A DNA stretch of 64,000 bases from a virus. Taxonomy: Duplodnaviria; Caudoviricetes. The position numbers and the translations under genes are program-made. The stretch is from the IMG/VR virus record IMGVR_UViG_3300019742_000001; one strand, written 5' to 3'. Positions 36,717 to 46,633 of this stretch are shown here, one piece after another. The notes below the pieces were generated by a model. It searched no databases, was not told where the DNA came from, and saw only the letters and a program-made list of their open reading frames with translations. Position 1 is the first letter of the stretch; every line of letters starts with the position of its first letter.

Positions 36717-37734
36717 CCTTTATTTTTCTATCACAATAACTAACAAAGAATCTGTCACATTTGTGGTGATCTGAACATGTAAACAACACTCTTGTCTTAA
36801 TTGATGTGTCATTCAACTCAAGATTTGCCATCTTAATAGAATACTCAAGTAAATCAATATCAAGTATGGTCTTTCTGAAAGAACCTTGGTGTTCGTTAAA
36901 CTCATTCGTTTCAATCACATCATCACGTAGATCCAATAAGTCAGATAGATCTTCATTGTTGAGTGGACCATCACCGTGACGTGTGGAATAAGTTCTTGAT
37001 ACGTAATTTATCAATACAGTATCAGTTAGATTGAATTCTTTGATCAGTTGTAGTGCGTTACATGCCGTTGTTTTAGATCTTGTGACATGAGGGAAAAACC
37101 CTAGATCCTGATCCAGTAGGATACCTTGGGCTCCCTCAAAGATTGGTTGTTTGATGTCTGTTGGTCGTTTAATCTTAATGTTCTTTATGGATAACAATTC
37201 TTTGCAGTTATCGTAGAACTCCGACATATCGACATCACAATCATAATACCACTTCTCCATCATACTAATCTTTTGTTTGAGTACACTCATGTTCAAAAGA
37301 TCACCAGCATAAATCTTGAAATGATCCTCGTTGCGTTGAATTGTTTGACCAAATCCAACACCTACGGTTCCATGACTCGTTTGGTTTAATACAATATCTT
37401 GTGGTAGGGTCAACGGACACATAGGGTCAATGTATAACACTGGATCGTAACCTAGTTCCGTCAACGTTTCGTGTTCATTTAGCAGTCCGAGAGGGTGAAC
37501 GGTACAGAATTTGCTCCAATAAGTGGGGATATTCTTAAATGTGCCACAACCAAAGTTTGAAAATACATGTCTATGATTTTCAAATACTACGGTATGACCC
37601 GCTTGATGTCCACCATTGAATCTAATAACATAATCGTTGGGGTTACCCTTAAATATGTTGTCACAGATGAGGTCAAAAACTGTTTGTCCTTTACCTTCAT
37701 CACCAAATCCTGCACCGATCACGATATCTAACAT
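36664..37734 (-). CDS. purA: short, divergent adenylosuccinate synthetase-like protein
   Basis: GFGDEGKG, RFNGGHQAGHTV, HGTVGVG, EGAQGILLD, HVTRS. Confidence 0.8.
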   Translation of the reverse strand: MLDIVIGAGFGDEGKGQTVFDLICDNIFKGNPNDYVIRFNGGHQAGHTVVFENHRHVFSNFGCGTFKNIPTYWSKFCTVHPLGLLNEHETLTELGYDPVLYIDPMCPLTLPQDIVLNQTSHGTVGVGFGQTIQRNEDHFKIYAGDLLNMSVLKQKISMMEKWYYDCDVDMSEFYDNCKELLSIKNIKIKRPTDIKQPIFEGAQGILLDQDLGFFPHVTRSKTTACNALQLIKEFNLTDTVLINYVSRTYSTRHGDGPLNNEDLSDLLDLRDDVIETNEFNEHQGSFRKTILDIDLLEYSIKMANLELNDTSIKTRVLFTCSDHHKCDRFFVSYCDRKIKVDVGSLEHFFGECNVRY

Positions 37735-37746
37735 GTCAACCCTTTC

Positions 37747-38646
37747 TTATAGGATGATTTCTTCCTGACCATTTACGACAGGATTAACATTTCCAACAGT
37801 ATCAGTCACATCGACGGATTCGAAATGGTCAACTGTTGATCCTCCACGTACGTTCTTCAAAACGAGTTCTGATACAACAGTAGGGATTTCGGTATGATCT
37901 CTAATTACGATCAAGTGGTCACCTAACAATTGTTTCCACGCATCATCAACACGACGATAAGAGCTTTCAATGAAGATGTGATAAATCTCGTTCTGTTTTC
38001 CTGCCTCAGCAAGCAATTCTTCTGCTGTTACTGTGGATTGAACTCTACAAGTGTCACCCATAATCTCTTTAAGTGAACTCATAGGGTATGTTGGTAGAAA
38101 TGGTTCATCACCAATTGTTACAACAATACCTTTCTTTCCTCGTTTATCAAAACTATCTGTGGATGTGTGGTATGAGGAGAAATACCAAGCCAACGGATAA
38201 GACTCTCCTGCGTTACCACCTCCACCACCTTCAAGATAGGTTCGTGTCAACCACATATCAAGTTCTGCGTCACCTGACTCAAACTGTGCTACTTGTAGGG
38301 GGTATCTATCACACTCATGGTCACCGATAGCACCAAACATAAGTGAAATGTCTGGAATACCACTCTGGATGATCTTGCTAATCAATGTTGGCAGACCATC
38401 TTTGATTAGTTGGTGGGGGATATGACCCATTGACCCTGTTACATCCAAGTATAACTGTAGTGGTACAGTATTTGGATGGGCATCACTGTCACGACATTCA
38501 CGAACATCAATATTCTTTGATGACATTTCAGCGTGAGACTTCCGTTCTGATTGTTGTTGAAAGATCTGATTGATACTTTTTGTTGCGTATCCTACATTGG
38601 TACTACGCATTGAACGATCTAATGTTGAATAAGAACTGTATCCCAT
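37747..38646 (-). CDS. vWA-domain protein
   Basis: LYLDVTGSMG (MIDAS DxTxS), AIGDH, GGGGNAGESY, TIGDE. Confidence 0.8.
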   Translation of the reverse strand: MGYSSYSTLDRSMRSTNVGYATKSINQIFQQQSERKSHAEMSSKNIDVRECRDSDAHPNTVPLQLYLDVTGSMGHIPHQLIKDGLPTLISKIIQSGIPDISLMFGAIGDHECDRYPLQVAQFESGDAELDMWLTRTYLEGGGGGNAGESYPLAWYFSSYHTSTDSFDKRGKKGIVVTIGDEPFLPTYPMSSLKEIMGDTCRVQSTVTAEELLAEAGKQNEIYHIFIESSYRRVDDAWKQLLGDHLIVIRDHTEIPTVVSELVLKNVRGGSTVDHFESVDVTDTVGNVNPVVNGQEEIIL

Positions 38647-38648
38647 AA

Positions 38649-38993
38649 TTAAATCCCCTCACCGAATAAGTGGTCATAACGCTCTTTAGCAATCTCTAAT
38701 TTAATTGTGAGATTACGAATTTCGATACCAAATTGAATATCACGGTCAACAAATTGTTTACTGTCAAAATCACTTGCTACAACAAGACTCATTGCATTAT
38801 CAGGTGACATATCAAGCATATTTTCCCGTTCTCGTTCCAAACGACGAATATTGATACCAAGATCTTCTACTTCTCGTTTGTATCGGATACAGGCATCCTC
38901 ACCAATAGTTGCCGCTCGGTCTTGACGAATTTGTTTGTTGTTTCTTACCAGTGATTCAATAAATGCGCCTTTAATGTTTTCTTGTTCTGACAT
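38649..38993 (-). CDS. coiled-coil hypothetical protein
   Basis: Heptad-rich; co-operonic with vWA and purA. Confidence 0.7.
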   Translation of the reverse strand: MSEQENIKGAFIESLVRNNKQIRQDRAATIGEDACIRYKREVEDLGINIRRLERERENMLDMSPDNAMSLVVASDFDSKQFVDRDIQFGIEIRNLTIKLEIAKERYDHLFGEGI

Positions 38994-39189
38994 TTTGTTT
39001 CTCCCTCGTTTATTGTTTATTGTATCTTTCCCAAAAGTTCCTATAACCTTTGGATCTTACGATATCAGAACTTTTACATTCTAAATATCCATCACCTTTA
39101 ACATCATAAGGAACTTCTTTCCACTCTTTTTTCTCTTTGTCCCATTTCCCTCTGTATGAGAACATATCAGAAATCCATTTGAACATTGT

Positions 39190-39507
39190 CTAATCTTCCA
39201 TAATATTTTCAGATGTGTCTTCTGTGCCACCATCAATACTATTATCTCGTTTGTAGTCTCTGTAACGTTTCATCATTGATTTTATACCAAACCACCACGA
39301 TACTGGCCAAAACGTAACACTAACAAACCATAACAGAATTAGACTTCCTGTGGTGTGTTGATGTTCTTCAATTAAAACTTTCTTTCGTTTCCTCAAACAA
39401 CCTTTAGTGATGAATAATTGAATAAACATCCCAATTAGATATACCACTCCACCTATGTAATATGGATTTGATATGATTGTTTGATAGATAATAAGTAATG
39501 TTAACAT
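39190..39507 (-). CDS. hypothetical membrane protein
   Basis: Hydrophobic segments; FWP motif. Confidence 0.65.
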   Translation of the reverse strand: MLTLLIIYQTIISNPYYIGGVVYLIGMFIQLFITKGCLRKRKKVLIEEHQHTTGSLILLWFVSVTFWPVSWWFGIKSMMKRYRDYKRDNSIDGGTEDTSENIMED

Positions 39508-39566
39508 TTCTTCCCCTTTGTGATTATTAGTCTATATTACATCTTCACTGTTGATATGTAAACACA

Positions 39567-39752
39567 TCAATCCATCATGTTCGTTATGTTGATTAGGTTA
39601 TCATCAATTTCTATATTTGTTTCGTGTAGATTAACTGCCTTTTGCCACCGTTCAAGATAATATTTGAATTCATCAAGATCAGTGAATAAAATCTCACCTG
39701 AAAATACTGATGCATCCATATCATCCATTTGATCACTATAATTATGTCCCAT
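39567..39752 (-). CDS. hypothetical protein
   Basis: GAGG RBS. Confidence 0.55.
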   Translation of the reverse strand: MGHNYSDQMDDMDASVFSGEILFTDLDEFKYYLERWQKAVNLHETNIEIDDNLINITNMMD

Positions 39753-39906
39753 TAATCAGTCTCCTCTTCGTCATCTTCTTCGCCATCGTGGTCACCAATA
39801 CAACAAGTACCATCATCCATCTGGGCACATTCATAACAGTTTTCCAAACATGGTGATTCAGTACACCCAATACAGTTGTTATCTTTGTTAGGTAGGTTAC
39901 AACACA

Positions 39907-40428
39907 TTATTCCACAATTACTCCAAAGATCTTAGGTAGTTGATATTCCATATAGAAATCATGGGCTTCTTGGTTGAAGTCAGCTACCGCATTACTATCA
40001 ACCATGATTGAATAGTCACGATTGGCAAGATCTGCAATGGTTTGTGCCACACAAATTGATGTACAACAACCAACTACTTCAACAAGATCAGGTTTTTGGT
40101 CTAACAACAGTTGTTCAAGGATGGTTCCGTAGAATCCACTGTAACGTTTTTTACTGATAATAAAATCATACTCCTGTGGGGTTAGTTCGTCAATAACCTT
40201 TGCACCCCATGTACCGTCAACTGCATGTGTCGGGAACCGTTCAAATTCAGTATCAAATTGATAGTGATTATCATTAAGGTAAACGATAATATCACCATTC
40301 TTACGGTATTCTTCTAACTTTTGTTTGATTACTGGTACAATCGGGTAACCGTTTTCTTTCAGTGACAATACACCAGCCTCATCAATGAAATCATTAAGCA
40401 TATCAACAACTAAAATAACTTTTTTCAT
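39907..40428 (-). CDS. pncA: nicotinamidase
   Basis: VVDMLNDF, DNH, FPTHAVDGTWGA, KKRYSGF, VGCCTSICV. Confidence 0.85.
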   Translation of the reverse strand: MKKVILVVDMLNDFIDEAGVLSLKENGYPIVPVIKQKLEEYRKNGDIIVYLNDNHYQFDTEFERFPTHAVDGTWGAKVIDELTPQEYDFIISKKRYSGFYGTILEQLLLDQKPDLVEVVGCCTSICVAQTIADLANRDYSIMVDSNAVADFNQEAHDFYMEYQLPKIFGVIVE

Positions 40429-41258
40429 ACAATATCCTCTCTTGGAATGTTATAGGGATTTTCTCTCTTGAAGTGAGTTGCATTATACCGCGTAATGACA
40501 GGATGTGTTACCATTAGTTTACAGTCATCAGGTAGGTTAAGATAACCAATCATAATCTGATCAACCTCCTCATATGAATCAGCACCTAGTTGGTCAAGAT
40601 CTGAATTAGTAATACCAAGACCATCGGTTGGTGTTGCATCAATACAATCATTTAATGACATAGCACGAAAATGGCAATTTAATCTACGATACATATCAAC
40701 AATATAACTTGATAGACCATAAACCTCAGTCTTCCAAAGGTTTTGAACCATACCATAATCACCAACATCACCGTTGAGTGTCCAGAAACCCATCAACAGT
40801 TCAGTGTAATTGTCTGTTCCTAACACCATCCCACCTGTTACACCAGCAAGGTGATAGAGTTGAATCATCCGAATTCGTGCTTTAATATTTCCTTTTGCAA
40901 TTTTACCAGCATAACTGTCTTCGTCCATATCACCTAAGTCAAGTTCGGTGAGGTTATCAAAAAACAAATTAGTCAAATCAATTTCTTCAAAGTCATCACA
41001 AAAATAACCACCAATTGAGTCAGCTCGTGAAATTTCATCCTCTTTGTTTGTTTCGATCACAATGGAACGACCAATAAGTGGGATACCAGTACCAGACTTA
41101 TCAATAGCATGTCGTGCAAGTGCCGCAACCAGTGCTGAGTCAATCCCACCACTAACACCTAACACCAGTGATTTTACCCCACTACTGATAATGTAATCCG
41201 ATAATTTCTTGGTAGTATTATCAAACATCTTTTCATAGTTTGTTGACAGTTCATACAT
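40425..41258 (-). CDS. nadE: NH3-dependent NAD+ synthetase
   Basis: LGVSGGIDSA, GNIKARIRM, GTDNYTE, GFWTLNGD, PTDGL. Confidence 0.9.
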   Translation of the reverse strand: MYELSTNYEKMFDNTTKKLSDYIISSGVKSLVLGVSGGIDSALVAALARHAIDKSGTGIPLIGRSIVIETNKEDEISRADSIGGYFCDDFEEIDLTNLFFDNLTELDLGDMDEDSYAGKIAKGNIKARIRMIQLYHLAGVTGGMVLGTDNYTELLMGFWTLNGDVGDYGMVQNLWKTEVYGLSSYIVDMYRRLNCHFRAMSLNDCIDATPTDGLGITNSDLDQLGADSYEEVDQIMIGYLNLPDDCKLMVTHPVITRYNATHFKRENPYNIPREDIV

Positions 41259-41282
41259 ATGATAGTTTCTCCTTGTCGTTTG

Positions 41283-41792
41283 TTATGAAGTGGATTTTAC
41301 ATCTTTCATAGGATTAAAAATCACCTTCTTGTCAACACCATCAAAATATTGAAAGTAATCAATCAGGATACGAGCATGGTCAAATGGAACGTGATTTAAA
41401 GATATCAATCTTTCAATTTGTTTTCTTGACAAGAACTTTGCCTCACGTGCATCTGATGCTGCTAAAGGTTCTTGTTTTTGATAGACACGATGACCAATAA
41501 ACACGGTTGTTGTGTTGTGTTGTCGTGGGTCACGGTTAGGGTCAGAGTATGTATAGAACATTTCGTCTAACCAAATGTCGAGGGAAACTTCCTCTTTCGC
41601 TTCACGAACAGATGCATTTTCAAACGATTCACCTTCATCAACGAATCCTCCCGGTAATGCCCACCCAAAAGGGGCATTTTCTCTGGAAATCATCATAATT
41701 AAAGGACCACCCTCACATACAGGATTCATTTCTGTGATGATGATATCGACTACTGGTGTTGGATTTCTATATTCAGACATTTTATACCTCAT
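41283..41792 (-). CDS. Nudix hydrolase (ADP-ribose pyrophosphatase-like)
   Basis: WALPGGFVDEGESFENASVREAKEE; DPNRDPR. Confidence 0.85.
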   Translation of the reverse strand: MRYKMSEYRNPTPVVDIIITEMNPVCEGGPLIMMISRENAPFGWALPGGFVDEGESFENASVREAKEEVSLDIWLDEMFYTYSDPNRDPRQHNTTTVFIGHRVYQKQEPLAASDAREAKFLSRKQIERLISLNHVPFDHARILIDYFQYFDGVDKKVIFNPMKDVKSTS

Positions 41793-41798
41793 ATGTTG

Positions 41799-43022
41799 TT
41801 AAACTACTTTGAATACCTTCTTGATGTATGCCTCAAATTCAGGATCTTCACACATTCCCTTACCTTGACTGTCAGAAATCTTACACACTGGCATCCCATC
41901 CAATTCAATCATTTTCAATACGATACTGATTGGTTCACATCCCATATCATTCATCAGGTTAGTACCAATACCGAAACTCACATTAATAAACGGACTGAAT
42001 CGTTTGAATAGGTTGTATGCGGTGTTGAAAGTAAGACCATCAGAGAATACAGCAGTTTTGGTCTTTGGGTCAATACCTAATTTACGGTAGTGATCAATTA
42101 GTTTTTCACACCATACAACAGGATCACCACTATCATGACGACAACCATCAAATAACTTGGCAAAGAACAGATCAAAGTCTTCCAAGAATGCATCAAACCC
42201 ACAGATATCACTCAAGGCAATACCAAGTTCACCACGGTACTCTTGTGCCCATACATCTAGTGATTCCTTCTGACTATCAACCAAACGACCACCTAATTGT
42301 TGGTGTGCTTGGAACCATTCATGAGCCATTGTACCAATTGGTGTAAGATCATACTTCATTGCGAAGAATAGGTTGGATGTACCAACAAGAACTCCTGCGG
42401 GTAACTTTTCAATTAGTTCTGATAACACGAACCCTTGCCATTCAAAACTATACCGACGACGAGTACCAAAGTCAGCAAATTTAAATCCTTCTAATGAACC
42501 AACCTTGTTAAGTAAGTTGAGAGATTCAATTTTATATTTTAATAGGTCACGACCACTTGGAATAGTAGTTGCTTGCATCTTACATTGACTGTGTAGTTCT
42601 GAAACAATAGCAAGAACAGGTACTTCCAACCCTGTAACGGCAACCCACGGTCCGTCTAAGACAATATCCAATGATCCATCACTCATAACCTCAACCTTTA
42701 CGTGGTCACGGTTATATTTGAACATACGAAGGTAGTCAACATAATCATCTTTGAAGATTTGTGTTCCGATTTTAGACCGAATATTACGAACAAAATCTAA
42801 TTCTTCTGTTGTATATGACAGATTACACAGGTGGTCAATACTCTGGTTCAGTGCCAATAGAAATTCACTGTCACCAACACCATTTGATGGGAATCCATTA
42901 CCTTTACGAGCTTTGAATCTCCATTTGGTAGTGGCAGATGTATATCGATGGAACATTGCCTGTCCCATCGACAATTTATACAGATCAGTGTCCAACATAC
43001 TTTCAATCAATACTGGTTTCAT
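41799..43022 (-). CDS. pncB: nicotinate phosphoribosyltransferase
   Basis: LDTDLYKLSM, DFGTRRR, GTSN, GTMAHEW, RHDSGDP, FSDGL, KISD. Confidence 0.95.
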   Translation of the reverse strand: MKPVLIESMLDTDLYKLSMGQAMFHRYTSATTKWRFKARKGNGFPSNGVGDSEFLLALNQSIDHLCNLSYTTEELDFVRNIRSKIGTQIFKDDYVDYLRMFKYNRDHVKVEVMSDGSLDIVLDGPWVAVTGLEVPVLAIVSELHSQCKMQATTIPSGRDLLKYKIESLNLLNKVGSLEGFKFADFGTRRRYSFEWQGFVLSELIEKLPAGVLVGTSNLFFAMKYDLTPIGTMAHEWFQAHQQLGGRLVDSQKESLDVWAQEYRGELGIALSDICGFDAFLEDFDLFFAKLFDGCRHDSGDPVVWCEKLIDHYRKLGIDPKTKTAVFSDGLTFNTAYNLFKRFSPFINVSFGIGTNLMNDMGCEPISIVLKMIELDGMPVCKISDSQGKGMCEDPEFEAYIKKVFKVV

Positions 43023-43036
43023 ATCATTCCTTATAT

Positions 43037-43095
43037 AAAAATGGGGTTATCCGAAAGACAACCCCATTCTATCTACTATTCACTTATAAGTCAAG
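43037..43095 (-). promoter_or_regulatory. promoter-stem-loop cassette, copy 1
   Basis: TTGACT-17-TAGAAT followed by a GGGGTTGTC/GATAACCCC hairpin and T-run. Confidence 0.85.
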
Positions 43096-44383
43096 ATGTT
43101 TTAAGATTCATCACTGGAACAACACGATGTACAATATCCGCAGTCGGTCCAATACAGTTTTCAATGGTCTTTGCTGACTTGTATGCTAATGGTGATTCAT
43201 CTAATGGTTTAACTGAGGCATACACCCCTTCCATCACATCTTCAGCATCTTCCTTTGATATGGTTTGTTTTGCCTTTGAACGGGAAAACAATCTCCCTGC
43301 TCCGTGTGGTGATGAACAGTTCCACTCTTCGTTAGACTTACCCTCAACAATCAATAATCCATCTGCTGGATTAAATGGGACTATCATTTTCTCACCCACA
43401 TAAGATCTAATAGAACCTTTACGAATGACCCAATCATCAAAGTCAATGAAGTTGTGAACAGTTGAGATATACTCTATCACAAACTTACCGATAATATCAA
43501 GGATATCAAAAATCATCACATTACGACTAAGATCAGCATATTTTTGAGCAATCAACATGTCTACCAGATACCCATACATATCTTCACCTTCAAGATATTC
43601 TGTTCCTTTAGGTACATTTGATTGTTTACCCATATATTTGTCGAATTTTGCAATCTCTTGTTGCCATTTGTCTCGTTTGAACATTGATTTGACCTGTGCA
43701 ACATACTCAACTTTTGACATTGTAGGTTCAGTCATTCGTTGTCGTGCAATCTCTTGCCAATATTCAGCAACACATTTCCCGAAATTACGTGATCCTGAGT
43801 GGACAGTTACCCAATAGTCATCCTTTTCATCCTTACCAATCTCAATGAAATGGTTACCTCCACCTAATGTACCAATTGACATCAAGGCACGTTGGGGGTT
43901 ACATCCAACTTTGGTGAACATACTAACCAATTTCTCACTGTCCATCACAACTGGATTCATTCTCAGATTGAACTTCTTGTTGAATCTCATTGTAAACAGA
44001 CGAATCTCTTCATTGATTTCTTTCCATTTAAATACTGCGTCAGATGATACTTTGTCACGGATGTTAGTTCCAAATGGTATTGACTTACGAATAGAATTGT
44101 CCAAGATTTTCATGGACATATCATCAAATAAATCAGACCCAACATTACATGACACCATTCCACATCCAATATCTACACCGACAGTGTTAGGTATAATTTT
44201 ATCCCCTAATGGCATAGTAAATCCAATTACACTACCTTTACCAGCGTGACAGTCAGGCATAATGGCAATCGGTTCCGTGAATGCTGGGTGATTTGTCATT
44301 GCAACAATTTGTGACATACAAGTTTCATCGACACTATCGATCATTATTTTTGCTGATGTATATTTTCCTGTTACTTCTATCAT
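43091..44383 (-). CDS. rtcB: RtcB RNA ligase
   Basis: MPDCHAGKG, GVDIGCG, GTLGGGNHFIE, HSGSR, HNF, HGAGR. Confidence 0.95.
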   Translation of the reverse strand: MIEVTGKYTSAKIMIDSVDETCMSQIVAMTNHPAFTEPIAIMPDCHAGKGSVIGFTMPLGDKIIPNTVGVDIGCGMVSCNVGSDLFDDMSMKILDNSIRKSIPFGTNIRDKVSSDAVFKWKEINEEIRLFTMRFNKKFNLRMNPVVMDSEKLVSMFTKVGCNPQRALMSIGTLGGGNHFIEIGKDEKDDYWVTVHSGSRNFGKCVAEYWQEIARQRMTEPTMSKVEYVAQVKSMFKRDKWQQEIAKFDKYMGKQSNVPKGTEYLEGEDMYGYLVDMLIAQKYADLSRNVMIFDILDIIGKFVIEYISTVHNFIDFDDWVIRKGSIRSYVGEKMIVPFNPADGLLIVEGKSNEEWNCSSPHGAGRLFSRSKAKQTISKEDAEDVMEGVYASVKPLDESPLAYKSAKTIENCIGPTADIVHRVVPVMNLKTS

Positions 44384-44568
44384 TATTCCACCTCTATTTG
44401 TTTGTATCGTTCTTTCCCTGTGCCATCACAAGCACCACATTTAGGTGATCCTGTGTTGTCATATATTCCACTACCATTACATGCAACACAATCTCGTAAC
44501 TTCCAACCAAATACATTTCCTAAGTAATATTTGGTTCGTTCTAATTTTCTTTTGTGGTAATTAGTCAT
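44383..44568 (-). CDS. DnaJ-type Zn-finger small protein
   Basis: CVACNGSG...CGACDGTG. Confidence 0.7.
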   Translation of the reverse strand: MTNYHKRKLERTKYYLGNVFGWKLRDCVACNGSGIYDNTGSPKCGACDGTGKERYKQIEVE

Positions 44569-44831
44569 TTTCGACTCACCTTCATTATAGACAAGGGGTA
44601 ATTCTTTGTCTCGGATAATTCAAATGTCTTCGATTTGTTTATGAATTCAGGATATACCCTGTTAACTTCATTGTCAAGTTCTTCCCACATTGCGGCAACA
44701 GTTTCAAATGATTTGATTTGTTTGTCCCTTCGCCACCAAAATCCCTGACTATCCCTATTCGCAATAATATACTCCTGTGCCATTCTGGCGAGTTTGTCAT
44801 ATAAGATAATGTCATAAAATTGTATTTTCAT
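44565..44831 (-). CDS. hypothetical protein
   Basis: Coupled ORF. Confidence 0.6.
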   Translation of the reverse strand: MKIQFYDIILYDKLARMAQEYIIANRDSQGFWWRRDKQIKSFETVAAMWEELDNEVNRVYPEFINKSKTFELSETKNYPLSIMKVSRK

Positions 44832-44837
44832 TTGTTT

Positions 44838-45071
44838 CTATCTCCACATAGTAATAAAATCACCAAAGTTGTCATCCATTACCTGAACTAAGTTTTCATA
44901 ATCAGATGACATCATGTTGGCAATAATCTCATCAACATTCATTGACAGTTGATTACCAAGTGTGCGAGCAATACTCATAAGTGCATATGCATTTCCATCA
45001 GGGCCACTAAGGTCAATTTCAATTCGGTTAGGATATTTACGGTCTTGTAATGATTTGATCGCCATTATCAA
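44838..45071 (-). CDS. conserved small phage protein (DLSGPDGNAY type)
   Basis: IDLSGPDGNAYALM...MMSSDYENL. Confidence 0.75.
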   Translation of the reverse strand: MIMAIKSLQDRKYPNRIEIDLSGPDGNAYALMSIARTLGNQLSMNVDEIIANMMSSDYENLVQVMDDNFGDFITMWR

Positions 45072-45242
45072 TTCCCTTTCTTGAAGAATTTTTTGAGAAA
45101 AAGTTCAGGTCCGTAATAACCAAGCATTGCACTACCAAGAATACCAGCAATGATAAAATCTGTTCCTGTATAAATTCCGATTAGAATAATTGAGATAAAA
45201 AATTTGATTATGTTTGATTGTTTTTCCGTCATGGTAATCTCC

Positions 45243-45304
45243 AAAAGAAAAGGGTCATCCGTTAAGACAACCCCATTCTATCTACTATTCACTTGTTAGT
45301 CAAG
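45243..45304 (-). promoter_or_regulatory. promoter-stem-loop cassette, copy 2
   Basis: TTGACT-17-TAGAAT + hairpin + TTTTCTTTT. Confidence 0.85.
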
Positions 45305-45427
45305 TCTATTCTTCATCGTCACCAAACATATCTTCACACTCAGATTGTTCTACACATTCACTACAAACTTCACCTTCTGGAACACCATGTTCACATTCCT
45401 CTGTATTTTCATATAGTCCAGCCATAA

Positions 45428-45877
45428 CTACTCCTTTGGGTAAACGGTAAAAGATCCATCATCCTGTAGGTTGTTTGATATAGACACAAACATATCCATT
45501 ACTCTTGACTGTTGTGATGGATGAAGATATGTCTCTGGTTCATTCACAAAGAAAGGAAGGATTCTCTTGTGTGTTTGCATCAACTTGATAGGGAGGTCAC
45601 ACAATCCAATTATGTGTGCCTCAGACAACACACGGTCTTCTGGCGGTACATTCTCAAGTTGGTAACCAAGGATATGTTCTGCCCATGCTTTTGCAACAGG
45701 ATCGATATTTACCACTCTCCTACCGTGATATACTGTCACCTCAGAGTCTAATGGTAGTTGATCTGTTGGTTCTACCCTTACATCACCTTGATGACATATT
45801 ATAGTAAGTGGTTGTTCACCAATATCTGATTCTGTCCATTCAGTTTCACCTACTGCACGTGATTTAATTCCACCCAT
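45428..45877 (-). CDS. hypothetical protein
   Basis: 149 aa; contains NEPETYLHP (resembles an ABC Walker-B/D-loop remnant). Confidence 0.6.
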   Translation of the reverse strand: MGGIKSRAVGETEWTESDIGEQPLTIICHQGDVRVEPTDQLPLDSEVTVYHGRRVVNIDPVAKAWAEHILGYQLENVPPEDRVLSEAHIIGLCDLPIKLMQTHKRILPFFVNEPETYLHPSQQSRVMDMFVSISNNLQDDGSFTVYPKE

Positions 45878-46046
45878 TACTCTACCTCTTCCTTAACGAT
45901 AAATCCTTCTTCATAAAATCCATGACATGGTTGTTTGGATTGGGAGTTGAAATGATATACTGGAAATATGAAGGAATTTGATGACTTACGTATACCCACA
46001 ATCTTACCACAAATATTACATTTCATTTTTTGTTGTGATGACATTA

Positions 46047-46256
46047 TTACCAACCCTTCGTATAGTGTTTCCTAAAGATATCAAAGTAGATATTACGTGT
46101 GTCTTGCATATATTCATAAATCACACAATCAATGGTATGGTTCTCACCCTCAAGACCCCATTCCTTTAACTCATCTTCACAGGATTTTAACAATTTCTTT
46201 TGTTTTTGGAGTCGTGATATTTCCATTTGAATGTCATGAATTTCTGAATCAAACAT
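46047..46256 (-). CDS. hypothetical protein
   Basis: GGAG RBS downstream of cassette 3. Confidence 0.65.
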   Translation of the reverse strand: MFDSEIHDIQMEISRLQKQKKLLKSCEDELKEWGLEGENHTIDCVIYEYMQDTRNIYFDIFRKHYTKGW

Positions 46257-46266
46257 AGTATCTCCA

Positions 46267-46330
46267 TAAAAGAAAAGGGGTTATCCGTTAAGACAACCCC
46301 ATTCTACCCAATATTCAATCTTGTGTCAAG
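46267..46330 (-). promoter_or_regulatory. promoter-stem-loop cassette, copy 3
   Basis: TTGACA-17-TAGAAT + same hairpin + T-run. Confidence 0.8.
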
Positions 46331-46632
46331 AACTTAAATTCACCAGTTCCGTTCATACAAACATCAAAAGTTGACTTTTGATCATCTGGAACACTATCAC
46401 CATATAACAAATTTTCCAGTTTTGTGTAAATAGGAATGGTTTCTAACAGGTTAATGACAGCATCATAATCTTCCTGTGTTAACAAAGGTTCGCCACATTT
46501 AGGACAAGGTTTGTTCAAGTAGTTATTTGATGTTTCCGTAATTTCCTCGGAAGTATTACCCCAATTGCCCTCAAGTTCCTCGTAATCACACATCCTGTTA
46601 TCACATTTAATACCTTTGATATTCAATTCCAT
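46315..46632 (-). CDS. Zn-ribbon hypothetical protein
   Basis: KCDNRMCD...CPKCG. Confidence 0.7.
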   Translation of the reverse strand: MELNIKGIKCDNRMCDYEELEGNWGNTSEEITETSNNYLNKPCPKCGEPLLTQEDYDAVINLLETIPIYTKLENLLYGDSVPDDQKSTFDVCMNGTGEFKFLTQD

Positions 46633-46633
46633 T

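Noticed and set aside
36664-37734. PurZ (2-aminoadenine, Z-genome) synthetase
   Set aside because: The catalytic position is Asp (GDEGKG) as in PurA, not the Ser typical of PurZ, and no dATPase/MazZ neighbours were recognised
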